From contig MU058844.1 of assembly GCA_013265495.1 (NCBI GenBank), positions 998,941 through 1,062,940 on the forward strand: a stretch of 64,000 bases of DNA. Direction: 5' to 3'. Position numbers and translations under genes: made by a program. Of this stretch, positions 25,076 to 35,616 are shown in pieces. Source of the DNA: Vicugna vicugna (taxonomy: Eukaryota). Position 1 is the first letter of the stretch, and every line of letters starts with the position of its first letter. A model generated the notes under the pieces. That model was given only the letters and a program-made list of their open reading frames with translations, did no database searches and was not told the origin of the DNA.

Positions 25076-25751
25076 GTCATTTCCTTTTCTCCCCAGGCAA
25101 ATGTATTTGAGCTTCCATAACCCCTAAAAGCTGCCAAAGAATACATGTTTCCTAAAGTTTATATTTTAAGGGCAAACTATTCTTGAATTAGTAGAAATTG
25201 ATCACTTTAAGTTTTAAGAACACTGAATCTGGAGCATAAGATATCTTTTTTCCTATATAAAAATTTACCTCAAGTTTCCTTCCTGCAACAAGTTCAATTA
25301 ATGAATGTATTTATTTCAAACACACCTTTACAATATCTGAAAAAATTCCTTAAGATATATAACTAGAGCATAATAAAAGGTTTTGAATAATTTTAACTTC
25401 AGCATATTAGTGGCAGATTTTTTTTTTTTCTCTTTCCAGAGGGTTACCAAATCCTTGGGAATGAACCATCGGGAGGAGAATTTTAATTCTCTGATCCAAG
25501 GCAATAATTCAATAGGAGATGAAGAAAGCTATTTGTAGAAGCTATCTTATAGACCGAGGGCCTAATTTATGTGGTGGGAATATTTCTGCCAAATAACTTG
25601 TAATAAAGAAAAATTATCAACTGTTAAAGACCTTGCCAGGTCAGCTTAATTTGGTAGTAAAGGGAGGTGATGAGAAGGTTGATAAAACAGCTCTAAGTCT
25701 TAACTGAATATATAGCTTTACTTGTCTGGCCGTAAACTTACAGGCTTTACT

Positions 25752-25960
25752 TGTAATATGCTGAAACCAGTTTGTACCAGTTGGTGAGAGCCAACTGTAT
25801 TTATCTCTTTCTAATTCATGTTCAATAAAGTCACATTGTTAGCTTGAAATTGGCCAGGGTGGGAGTATTTACACCTTGGTGATTGGCAAATGCCACAAAT
25901 CAAGTGCTCTTTTTTTTTCCCCCCAACAGTCAATTATTAAATATTTACAGAAGACCACTG
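25752..25960. mobile_element. MER63-like hAT-Blackjack element
   Basis: CTTGAAATTGGCCAGGGTGGGAGTATTTACACC...TTGGCAAATGCCACAAATCAAG, ending ...ACCACTG. Confidence 0.72.
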
Positions 25961-26511
25961 GCCATTACCCATGTGAAAAATGACAGGCACCACTTCCTAG
26001 GAACAGTCAAATAAAATTTCTTCTGCAAGGGTGCACAGCCATAGTAGAGGACAGGAGGGCTTCCCTTGGTGTCTTTTCCATCAACTTGTGTCTCAAGATT
26101 GCTGGTAGCCTAGTTGGATGTGAATAAAGAAAGAACACCTCTGAGAAATGAAACAGACAAGGGAAAAGGAGCAGGAGGCGTACTTGGTCCTTTGCTTTTC
26201 TTATCAACTCAGACTCTCATCAGACTCAATCTAGATGTGCTTCAGCGTCTTCTGAGTCTATTAAAGAAGAAAGGCAGAGATTGAGGAACTCTTTTTGCAT
26301 TAAAGGATACTGCCATTCAACCTTGTGTGAGTCTCTTATCTACCACAAGGTTTCCCATCTGCAAAACAGAGATGGGACACTTGTTCCTCCCCACTGTGCA
26401 AATAATTATGGCTAATGCCTCTCATTGTAGAGTTAGGAATGGAATAGAGTGGGATTATTGAGAAGAGTAAAGGCTGTCTGTGGAGAAAGAGTTTCAAGTC
26501 ATCAGTTAAGG

Positions 26512-26662
26512 CCTTGCTGTTGAAAGTTCTTGGGCCAGCGGTATTGGCATCACGTGGGAGCTTGTCAGAAATGCAGAAATTCCATTTAGACCTCAGTATC
26601 AGAATCTGCATTTTAACAAGATATCAGGTGATTTTCATGCACATTGTAGTTCAAGAGTGATC
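26512..26662. mobile_element. MER5A1-like hAT element
   Basis: GGCATCACGTGGGAGCTTGTCAGAAATGCAGAA...TCAGAATCTGCATTTTAACAAGAT. Confidence 0.82.
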
Positions 26663-26984
26663 TAAGTGGTGGTTTATTCATGGGACCAGAGAAATACCCA
26701 TATGTTTTCTTATAGAGTTGGCATTTTGATCTTATTGCTAGCTCCCTTTTATTTCTTAGTCTTTGTTTTTCCACGTTTAGGTTCCCATTTAAGTTTCATG
26801 CTTAGCAAACTTTACAGGAAAAACATTTACATAAGCATCATAGTAGAAGATGTATACTGATTTACCTAAAATAGTGGGAGGACAGGGAAGGTGAGCGTTA
26901 ACTCCTCATCTGTAAGAGCAGAAATCAATAGGTCGGGTATAAAAATGTAAAAATCAAGATATAGCTTTCTTTTTATTGTATTTA

Positions 26985-27116
26985 TATGAGATGATGGATG
27001 TTTGCCAAGCTTATTGTGATAATCATTTTATAATATAAGTCAAACCATCATGCGGTACCTCTGAAGTTTATACAGTGCTGTATGTCAATTATTTTTCAAT
27101 AAAACTGGAAAAAAAG
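26985..27116 (+). mobile_element. L1 3' terminal fragment
   Basis: GATGATGGATGTT...ATACAGTGCTGTATGTCAATTATTTTTCAATAAAACTGGAAAAAAA. Confidence 0.8.
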
Positions 27117-30100
27117 AAAGAGCAATATTAGCATATTGCCAAAAGATATGAAGGCAATGACCAAGATTAAAAAGACATAGCTAAATGATTTACAGCCCTT
27201 AGCTCTGGGAAGTGGGGCTAATTAAAAAAAAATTCTTATTGGACTATTTATTTTATAAAATGTGTGCATATGTAACTTTGATATCATTTAATGATGTCAT
27301 GCAGTCTTGTCTTTTATTCATTCCAGTAAGCCACCTTGGATCCCTTCTGAGAACAAGGTGGAATATAAACAAGCAAACAAAACCAAAAACCTTCCCCAGG
27401 GAGAACGACTTTTAGTGGTGGCTAAAATAGGAAACACAGTGGTTTATGCAAGGAAAATATGTCCGGTACAGTAACACAGAGAGGAAATGAGATATTCATA
27501 CCAGTGATGACCTCATATTGGTGATTTTGTATCTGGAGGACGACAAGAGGAAATCTGGGAATAAGAGGTGCGGTACAGAAGCCACATGAGGTCGTGGAAG
27601 GATAATATTCCTGAGAGAAGTTCATCCTACCAGGAGAGGAGCTTTCTTCGCAGACCTTTCCTCCTGCAGTTTATCTGCCAGAGATGAAAGACTGGTGTAT
27701 GCTCCGTGAGGCAGACACGATGAAATTTGGGGAAACAAAACAAAACCAAACCACAGGACAGGAATGGACTTTAAAATCATTTAGGGCAGTAGTTTTCGAA
27801 CTTTATTTTAGCTGCTGAAGTTTTTATCTTTTCCTCCAAATAAAATCTTGCTCTGAACTCTGAAGTAGTAAAACAGGAGCAAGCAGAACTTCTGAAGTTG
27901 AAGTAGAGGGTGGCAGGGCCAGCCTGGTTCCATGGCCCTCCATCCTGCCTCCAAGGTGTTCTGAGCTCCGAGGAGCACAAGCAGAAAGTGAACGAGGTGG
28001 CAGCTCACAAACATCCCTCATTTTACTAAGGCTTGGGGAGACACTCATGGTCACATATAAGGCCGAAGGCAGAGCCAGGCCTTGACCTCTGTTTTCTTGA
28101 CTCAGTCTGCAGCTCCTTCCAATTTACCTTGGTGCTGCCTGATACGTTTGGAGGGACAGTCGGCTCCAATAGACTGTAAACTCTGCGAAGATTGGAATTG
28201 GGTTTCACTTCTTCACTGTTGTAGAATTCTTGGCATGCAGGAGGCCCTCAAGAAATATTTGCTGAATAAATGAAATAAATGACACATACAATGTCATATG
28301 GCTTTCCTCCTTGATGCTTTTAGGAAGTGAAGTGGAGCTGAAAGATGTGAGGAGTATAGTTAATTCATCTTGAAGAGTCTCTTCTTCAGGAAGAGCAGTT
28401 AGTTCCCTGAAGATAAATGATTTACTATTTTTATCTCCTTAAGCCGTACAGATCCTCTCGCTACTCCTCTCCAGTTTAGTACTCCCCAGCCAGAAGGTTT
28501 TCACTTTCTGTTTGAGATTAGTATCTTTTTGGTCTTCCTATCTTTGACTAGTCCAGAATGCAGGCCATTTTTCAGAACAGCTCTTTTACAAGCTTTCTTT
28601 CCATGGAGTTTGACTTTAGCTCTGGAGATGCATGGATCTTTTCTCACAGACCCACAAGTTGTGTTGAAGGCATCCCAGCAGTAGCATCTCTCAAATCGTT
28701 ACTCAGTTTAAACCAAGCCCTCTTCAGTTTTCATTTTGCTGCAAAACAGATAGCAGAAGCAGCACCCGGGCATAACAGCTCAACTGTGGTCACTCACTGT
28801 AATTGCCTTTTAATGGCTTGTCTTGAGAAGGGGGCTTGGGCACAAAACGCATGTGTCGGTGTCACAGTTTCCATTTAGCTCAGGTAAAGATGGCAGCTAA
28901 CGGCAATCTGTTTGATGACTTCCACCTGTGTCTCAATAGCTGCCTCTCCCTCTCAGGTGTTCTGGGCAATTCCCCACAAGAATCAGTGTCGGGAGAGATG
29001 CATCGAGACAACAAAAGAAGGCGTAAACCATCAGCCTTTCAGATATCAGAGTTACAGGCGGTAGTTCAGCTTGGCTGCCAGCACATTCTTGAGGGCCCTG
29101 CAGTGTCCATGTTCACTTTATTTCCCTTTGGAAGAATTTGCGAAGGTATTGGTTGGATGACCTACCAGCTGTACTGTGTGGCTGAAACAGCCTGTTTAGG
29201 CCACAGTGAAATGATTGGTTATTCTTCCATCCTATTAGTTATTCCACTGCACTGAAGTTACCTTTCCAAAGAAGCAGCTACAAAAATCATTTTATCTGCA
29301 GTGCCAAGGGGTGGAAGAGAAGCCGCTGCCAAGACTTGGAATGGCTGGGGATGACGGATTCATTTTTATGCAGGCAAATAGACCAGAGGGGCTTTTAAAA
29401 AGTTGGCATCAGGACTTTTCCTCCATTTTTTTTTCTTTCTCTGACAATAATGAATGAAGCATGTTAGGCTTGTTTTCAATTATGCAACAAGTCCCCATTC
29501 ATTAGAAACCAAGGCAGTGATCCCAGCTGTATTTCAGCGGCTTTGAAAGTACAACTCCCTATCTGACCCAGGGTTGAACAGTTTCAGTGTTCAGCATCCG
29601 TGCTGCTAGCTCAGGTACCCTGGGAGTAATTAAACGTTTGCATTTTCAGGAAAGAGAGCTGGCTCTTTCCCACTTGAGCTTAGAGGACGCAAGGCTTGTC
29701 ATTTGTTTCTGGGATACGGAGAAATGAGAAAAGAGTTCCAGTCTCACTGTATGTTGTAAGAACTGTCATATAGCCAGGTGGGTCGGACCCTTGGCTGGGT
29801 CCTCACAGTGATTATTCTACATACTAAGAGCATTGTGCTTTTGGGAACTCATGTTCTTATGGCCAGGAACATTCAGGATGTCAGCATAAATCTATAGAGT
29901 TTTTGATCCTGGAGAGGATAAAAGTGGAATCCACTTATATTCCTTAGTCCTGAACTGTCATCAAGTATAAGGTATACCCTGACTTAATAACATCTCTTTT
30001 TGGAGGGAGTTGGGGACTGGAGAGAAGAAGCAGAAACACACAAGTACATGTTGATTAAAAATGTACTTTAGCATCAAAACATCAAAATGTGAAAAATTGC

Positions 30101-30289
30101 ATTTTAGCCTTAAGAAAATAGGTATACTGTGAAATCTTGGGAAAATAATGTTTTATTGAAACTGCCTAATTAGACACCAGAAGAACTGGTACTTTCTCTT
30201 CCAAGTGCCCAATGAATCTTTGACGGTTAAGGTTTTGTTGCTTCTTGAAGGATTGGAGAATTGGAATGAATAAATGTCAGCGCAGCAGT

Positions 30290-30510
30290 AATAATGATTA
30301 CCCTGTGGAATAATGACTATGCGCAAGACAGCCAGACGCTTTTGTCTTACGTTATTTCCAATTCTTTCTGTAATCTGGAGACATGGGTGTTATTTACCCT
30401 ATTTTATAGATGAGGAAACTAAGGCTCAGGAAGTTTACATGACTTGGCAAAAAGGTCACAAAACTACCAGAGTGTTAAGACATGATTTAAAATGTGCTCC
30501 ATTTGATGCC
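30290..30510 (-). mobile_element. MIR SINE
   Basis: CCTATTTTATAGATGAGGAAACTAAGGCTCAGG...ATGACTTGGCAAAAGGTCACA. Confidence 0.85.
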
Positions 30511-30711
30511 CACAAAGCAATGCTTCTAGGTTGGGAAAGGGTGAAATGTTTAAGTCTCAAACCAGAGAGCAGAAAAGAGGAAAGGGAGGGGTCCTGGGAA
30601 GAGGCAGAGAGAGGAGGGGCCTTGGAGGGGAGAGCATGTTTCTTGTCTTAGCCCCATGATAACAGCAGGGGTTATTGGCCGGTTCAAGGCCAGGCACTTT
30701 GCATGCATTTA

Positions 30712-30866
30712 AATTTTTTTTGAGTAGGGGATGGGAGGTACTTAGATTGATCGATCGATCGATCGATCTATTTGTCTATTTATTACTTTTTAATGGAGGT
30801 CCTGGGGATTGAATGCAAGACCTTGTGCATGCTGTGTTCACTCTACCACTGAGCTATACCCTTTCG
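30712..30866 (-). mobile_element. tRNA-derived SINE, vic-1 type, inserted in a MIR
   Basis: Minus strand GGGTATAGCTCAGTGGTAGAGTG...GCATGCACAAGGTCTTGCATTCAATCCCCAGGACCTCC plus A-rich tail. MIR-like sequence on both sides (about 30680-30711 and 30867-31010). Confidence 0.88.
30749..30768. repeat. (GATC)5 self-complementary tetranucleotide repeat
   Basis: GATCGATCGATCGATCGATC inside the SINE tail. Confidence 0.95.
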
Positions 30867-31178
30867 CTCATTCAAGTCTTACAACAGTCCTGAGACGTTG
30901 GTACTATTTCCATTACACAGACAAGTAAACAGACCCAAAGGAGTCATTTAGTTGATTGAATTTAAACTGTGGTCTATCTTACTTCAAGTCCTATGCTTGT
31001 GACCAGTAACTTATTTTGTGACAAACAGAATTATTTTTTTTCCTGATAAGTTAGGACGTCTCTTCTATGTTCTCTCCCAAACCTCCGTTTCTCCTTCAGT
31101 CCCTGCTGCAAGCCCCCTGTGGTTTACCATGACTGGTTTTGTCAAGCCCCTGCCTTGTTTCCGAGCTCACACAGAGAA

Positions 31179-31195
31179 GCCACAAGGTGGCAGTA
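31179..31195 (+). promoter_or_regulatory. Candidate CTCF binding site
   Basis: GCCACAAGGTGGCAGTA matches the CTCF core CCACNAGGTGGCAG, in sequence where I recognise no repeat. Confidence 0.6.
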
Positions 31196-32139
31196 TAACA
31201 CTACACAGTTCCAACATGGGGGAAAGGGCTGTGTATCTTCCCAACTGCATTAACCAGGTCAGACTCAAATCTCACACAGACACGCCATTGTCAGTGAGAC
31301 TGGCTTTAGCGGTTCATCCTGTCCTACATACAGACACATTGAATGCATTCCTCACTAGCTAATCCTAGAGGCATGAATCTCAGAGACCTCAGCTGAAAGA
31401 CAGTGGTGATCCCAACACTACAGTGTCCACCAAGACCTCTAAGAACCAGGAAAGGCTATTTTATTTAGGTTATGGAATCCATGTTTGAAAAGAACAGAAG
31501 TTGTGGAAAGAGCAAGGAGAATAAGGAGAAAGGAAGAGAGCCAGGCTTTGTTGTTAAGGTGCATGAATTCAGACAGCTCCCGGGTTTCTATCTAGGTGCA
31601 TGATTTTAACTTCAATCCCAATAACTCTGGACTTGTTTTCTCACGCATGGGAAGAGAGGACAGTGTCTGCCTTGCAGATGGTTGGGAATATTAAATGAAG
31701 CTAAATCATAAAATATCTTTAGATGCTTAATCATGGAAACTATATACTTTCTTCAAATGCTTGTTCCTTAGCTTAGAGATGTAAAGCAACTAAGAGAAAG
31801 ACCAAGATTCATATCAAAGAAGGGAAGAGGACAGCGTAGCTGGGGTAGAAATCAATGCACAGTCTATGGACAAAGAGAATTCCTGTCGATATAATAACAT
31901 AAAAAAATTTACAGAGCTGACAGAACAAAGGGAATTCTGTTTGCTTCTCTCTGTACCATTTTGTAGTTTGTTGTAGTATAGTGGCAGCAAGAAATAATCA
32001 TGTTTTTCAAGAGGAGTGGGGAGATACACATATAGAAATATGTATGATTTCTAAAGGTTCTTAGGTATCAGTTACGTTTCATAGATGTGTCTCTCAGCTC
32101 ATTCTTCACACATGCCAGTGTTGTCTGAATGTAGACTAG

Positions 32140-32345
32140 GATCAAAAGCATTGAGCTCTGTTTCAAACCCAGCTCTGTATTAACTGACTTTATGCCTTAG
32201 GGCCAGTTGCCTAACTTCAGTTTCCTCATTTGAAAAATGAGGAAAATTATAGTAGCTCCTACTTTAGAGGCTTATTCAGGATAATGCATATAAAGTGCTT
32301 AGCACATAGTAAGCCTTAGGTAAATGTTGGTCATTATTATTGATA
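32140..32345 (+). mobile_element. MIR SINE
   Basis: TTCAAACCCAGCTCTG...CAGTTTCCTCATTTGAAAAATGAGG...TAAAGTGCTTAGCACATAGTAAG. Confidence 0.85.
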
Positions 32346-32799
32346 ACTTTGCCCAGTTACAATAATAATAGTGCTTTTCATGGGCCAGGAATTCAGTCAC
32401 AGCTGGGAGTCTGGTAATATCTGAAATTGCTCAACAGACAATAAAGAGACAGAACAAAGAGCTGGGCTCTTCTTTTCAAATCTCTGCTGAAAGATGTCCT
32501 CACATCCTTTCAGGGTACTTACAGCCATGCCCAGGATTGTGGTGTCTACATCGGGCCAAATTGAGTCCCCTTTGCACTTAAATTTCATTCTTGAGGACTA
32601 GTTGGGAGCCCACTAACGCTTTGAATTAGGGACTCCAGCAACCAGTAGAGTCAGGGGAATCTCTGTTTCCCAATGGTTCACAGAACAGATGTTCCTACAA
32701 GTAACAGCACTTCTTGAGCATAATTTCAATCCCCTTACTTCCCCATTCCTCATCTTTTACAGAGATGCTTCCATTTGAATTCAAGCACTGTTATGTTCA

Positions 32800-35040
32800 G
32801 TAATCAAAAATCTCCCATAAAATAAAAGCCTGGGACCGTGTAGCTTCATAGGTGAATTCTACCAAGCATTTACAAAAGAATAAATTCCAGTCATTCTCAA
32901 ACTCTTCCAAAAAAAAAAAACCAAAAACAAAACTGAAGAGAAAACAACACTTCCAAATTCATTTTATGAGGCCAGCATTACCCAGAGAGTAAAGCTAGAC
33001 AAGGACACTATAAGAAAAGAAAATTACAGGCTAGCATCCTTGAATAAAATAGATGCAAAAATTCTGAACAAAATACCAGAACACTGAATTGAAGAGCATG
33101 TTAAAAGGATCATTCACCATGATCAAGTGGGATTCATCCCTGGGATGCAAAGATGATTTAGTATACACAAATCAGTAAATCTGAACCACCACATTAACAG
33201 AATGAAGGATAAAACTTGTATGGTTATTCTAATTGGTGCAGAAAAAGCATTTGATTAAATTTAATATCCTTTAATGCTTAGTGGCTATCAACAAACTAGG
33301 TAGAGAAGGAATATTTCTCAACATAATAAAGGCCATATATGACAAGCTCACAGCTAATATCATACTCAGTGGTGGAAAGTTATAAACCTTTCCTCTAAGA
33401 TCAGGAACAAGACAAGGATGCCCACTCTCACCATTTCTGCTCAACATAGTCCTAGCCATAGCAATTAGGCAAGAAAAAGAGCTAAAAGGCATTCAAATTA
33501 GAAAGACGAGGTAAAATTATCTGTTTGCAGATGACATAGCCTTATATGTAGAACATTTTAAAGACCTCACTAAAAAAATCTGTTAGGACTAATAAATGAA
33601 TTCAATAAAGCTGCAGGATACAGAATCAACATACAATAATCAGTTGTGTTTCTACATACTAAAAATAAACTATCTGAAATAGGAATTAAGAAAGAAATCT
33701 AACAATAGCATCAAAAATAATAAAATACTTAGAAATAAATTTAACCAAAGAAGGAGGTAAAAGACCTGTACACTGAAAAGTATAAGACATTGATGAGGGA
33801 GATTGAAGAAGACACAAATAAATGGAAAGCTATTCTGTGTTCTTAGATTTGAAGTATTAATATTGCCCGTATTACCCCAGATGATCTACAGATCCAATGC
33901 AATCCCTATCAAAATTCCAATGGCATTTTTCATAGAAATGGAAAAAACTATCCTAAATTTGTAGGGAACTCAAAAGACCCCAAATAGCCAAAGCAATCCT
34001 GACAAAGAAGAACAAAGCTGGAGGCATCACACTTCCTTGTTTCAAGCTATATTTGCAAAGTTATAGTAATGAAAATAGTATGATACTAGCATAAAAACAG
34101 GCACATAGACAATTGGAACAGAATAGAGTGCCCAGGCATAAACACATGCATATATGGTCAGCTAATCTTTGACAATGGCACCAAGAAGACACAATGGGGA
34201 AAGGATAATCTCTTCAATAAAGTGTTGCGATAACTGGACATCCATATGCTAAAGAATGAGACTAGACCCCTATCTTATACCACTCACAAAAATTAACTCA
34301 AAATGGATCAGAGACTTAAATGTTAGACCCAAAACCATAAAACTCCTAGAAGAAAACATAGGAAAAAGGATTATTGACATTGGTCTTGGCAATAATTTCT
34401 TGGTAAGACACCCAAAGCACCTAGAACAAAAGCTAAAATAAACAAATGGGACTACATCAAATTAAAGAACTTATGCACAGAAAAGGAAATAATCAATAAA
34501 TTGAAAATACAACCTACAGAATGGGAGAAAATATTTGCAAGCCATATATCTGATAAGAGGTTAATACCCAAAATACATAAAAACTCGTATAACTCAGTAG
34601 ATAGAAAAGCAAATAATCCAATTTAAAAACTGAGCAAAGAGCCTGAATAGACTTTTTCCCAAAGAAGACAACAGGCCAATAAGTACATGAAAAGGTGCTC
34701 AACATCACTAATCATCAGAGAAATGCAAATCACACCTACAATGAAATATTAGTATCTGTTAGGATGCTTGTTATCAAAAAGATAAGAGATAACAAATATT
34801 GGCAAGGATGTGGAGAGAAGGGGAACCCTTATACACTGTTGGTGAGACTGTAAATTGGTACAGCCATTTTGGAAAGCAGTATGGTGTTTCCTCAAAAAAT
34901 TAAAAAATATATTACCATATGATTCAGCAATCCTAGTCCTGGGATATATTATCTGAAGGAATTAAAATTAGTATCTCTAAGAGATATTTGCACATCCACA
35001 TTCAATGCAGCATCATTCACAGCAGCTAGGATATGGAAAC
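32800..35040 (+). mobile_element. Decayed L1 ORF2 fragment (reverse transcriptase and C-terminal region), about 2.2 kb
   Basis: Typical L1 ORF2 sequence: [27 protein letters not shown] at 33521-35, MRLDPYLIPLTKINSKWIRDLNVRPKTIKLLEENIG. Many stops and frameshifts, no 3'UTR or poly(A). Confidence 0.96.
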
Positions 35041-35443
35041 GCCTGATGGAAGGATGATTCTAAGCTGCATTGCAAGATTGGGGCCAGGAACTATGCCCCA
35101 GTCTTTTAGGGCCTCATTCTGAGATGGTGAGCCTCAGAAGAAAATCGAGGCCCAACCGTATTCAGACACTCTATTTATATGGGAGATCCCAGATATTAGA
35201 AGTTATAAAGCCTCAAATTTCTAGTCTCAATTTTAGATCATTTATAACATCATTTCTCCCACCCTGTAATGTCCTTAGGGAATGGGATAGTATGCCTACC
35301 TCCAAGATCCCTTAGATCACTCATTCCCCTGCAGCAATTAACTCCAGCTGTAGTCATATTTGTGTTATTTTGCTAGACTGTTTCTTGATGGAAGGGAGTC
35401 ACATTTCCATAGTGATGGCAGTACAATCCAGTGTGGTGTCTTT

Positions 35444-35616
35444 GTTGTTAAATATTTTTACTCACTCATTTATCATTGTATTATTTAATTTTGTTTTGGC
35501 GGAAGTAAGGGAGGTAATTAGGTTTGTTTATTTTTTAGAGGAGGTGCTGGGGATTGAACCCAGAACTTCTGCATGCTAAGCATGCACTCTACCACTTGAG
35601 CTATACTCTCACCCCT
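35444..35616 (-). mobile_element. tRNA-derived SINE, camelid vic-1 type
   Basis: Minus strand reads GAGAGTATAGCTCAAGTGGTAGAGTGCATGCTTAGCATGCAGAAGTTCTGGGTTCAATCCCCAGCACCTCC (A and B boxes) followed by an A-rich tail. Perfect 15-bp TSD CAGTGTGGTGTCTTT at 35429-43 and 35617-31. Confidence 0.92.

Noticed and set aside
35545..35616. tRNA gene
   Set aside because: The tRNA-like head is followed by a SINE tail and flanked by a 15-bp TSD, so it is a SINE. The same applies to 30795-30866.
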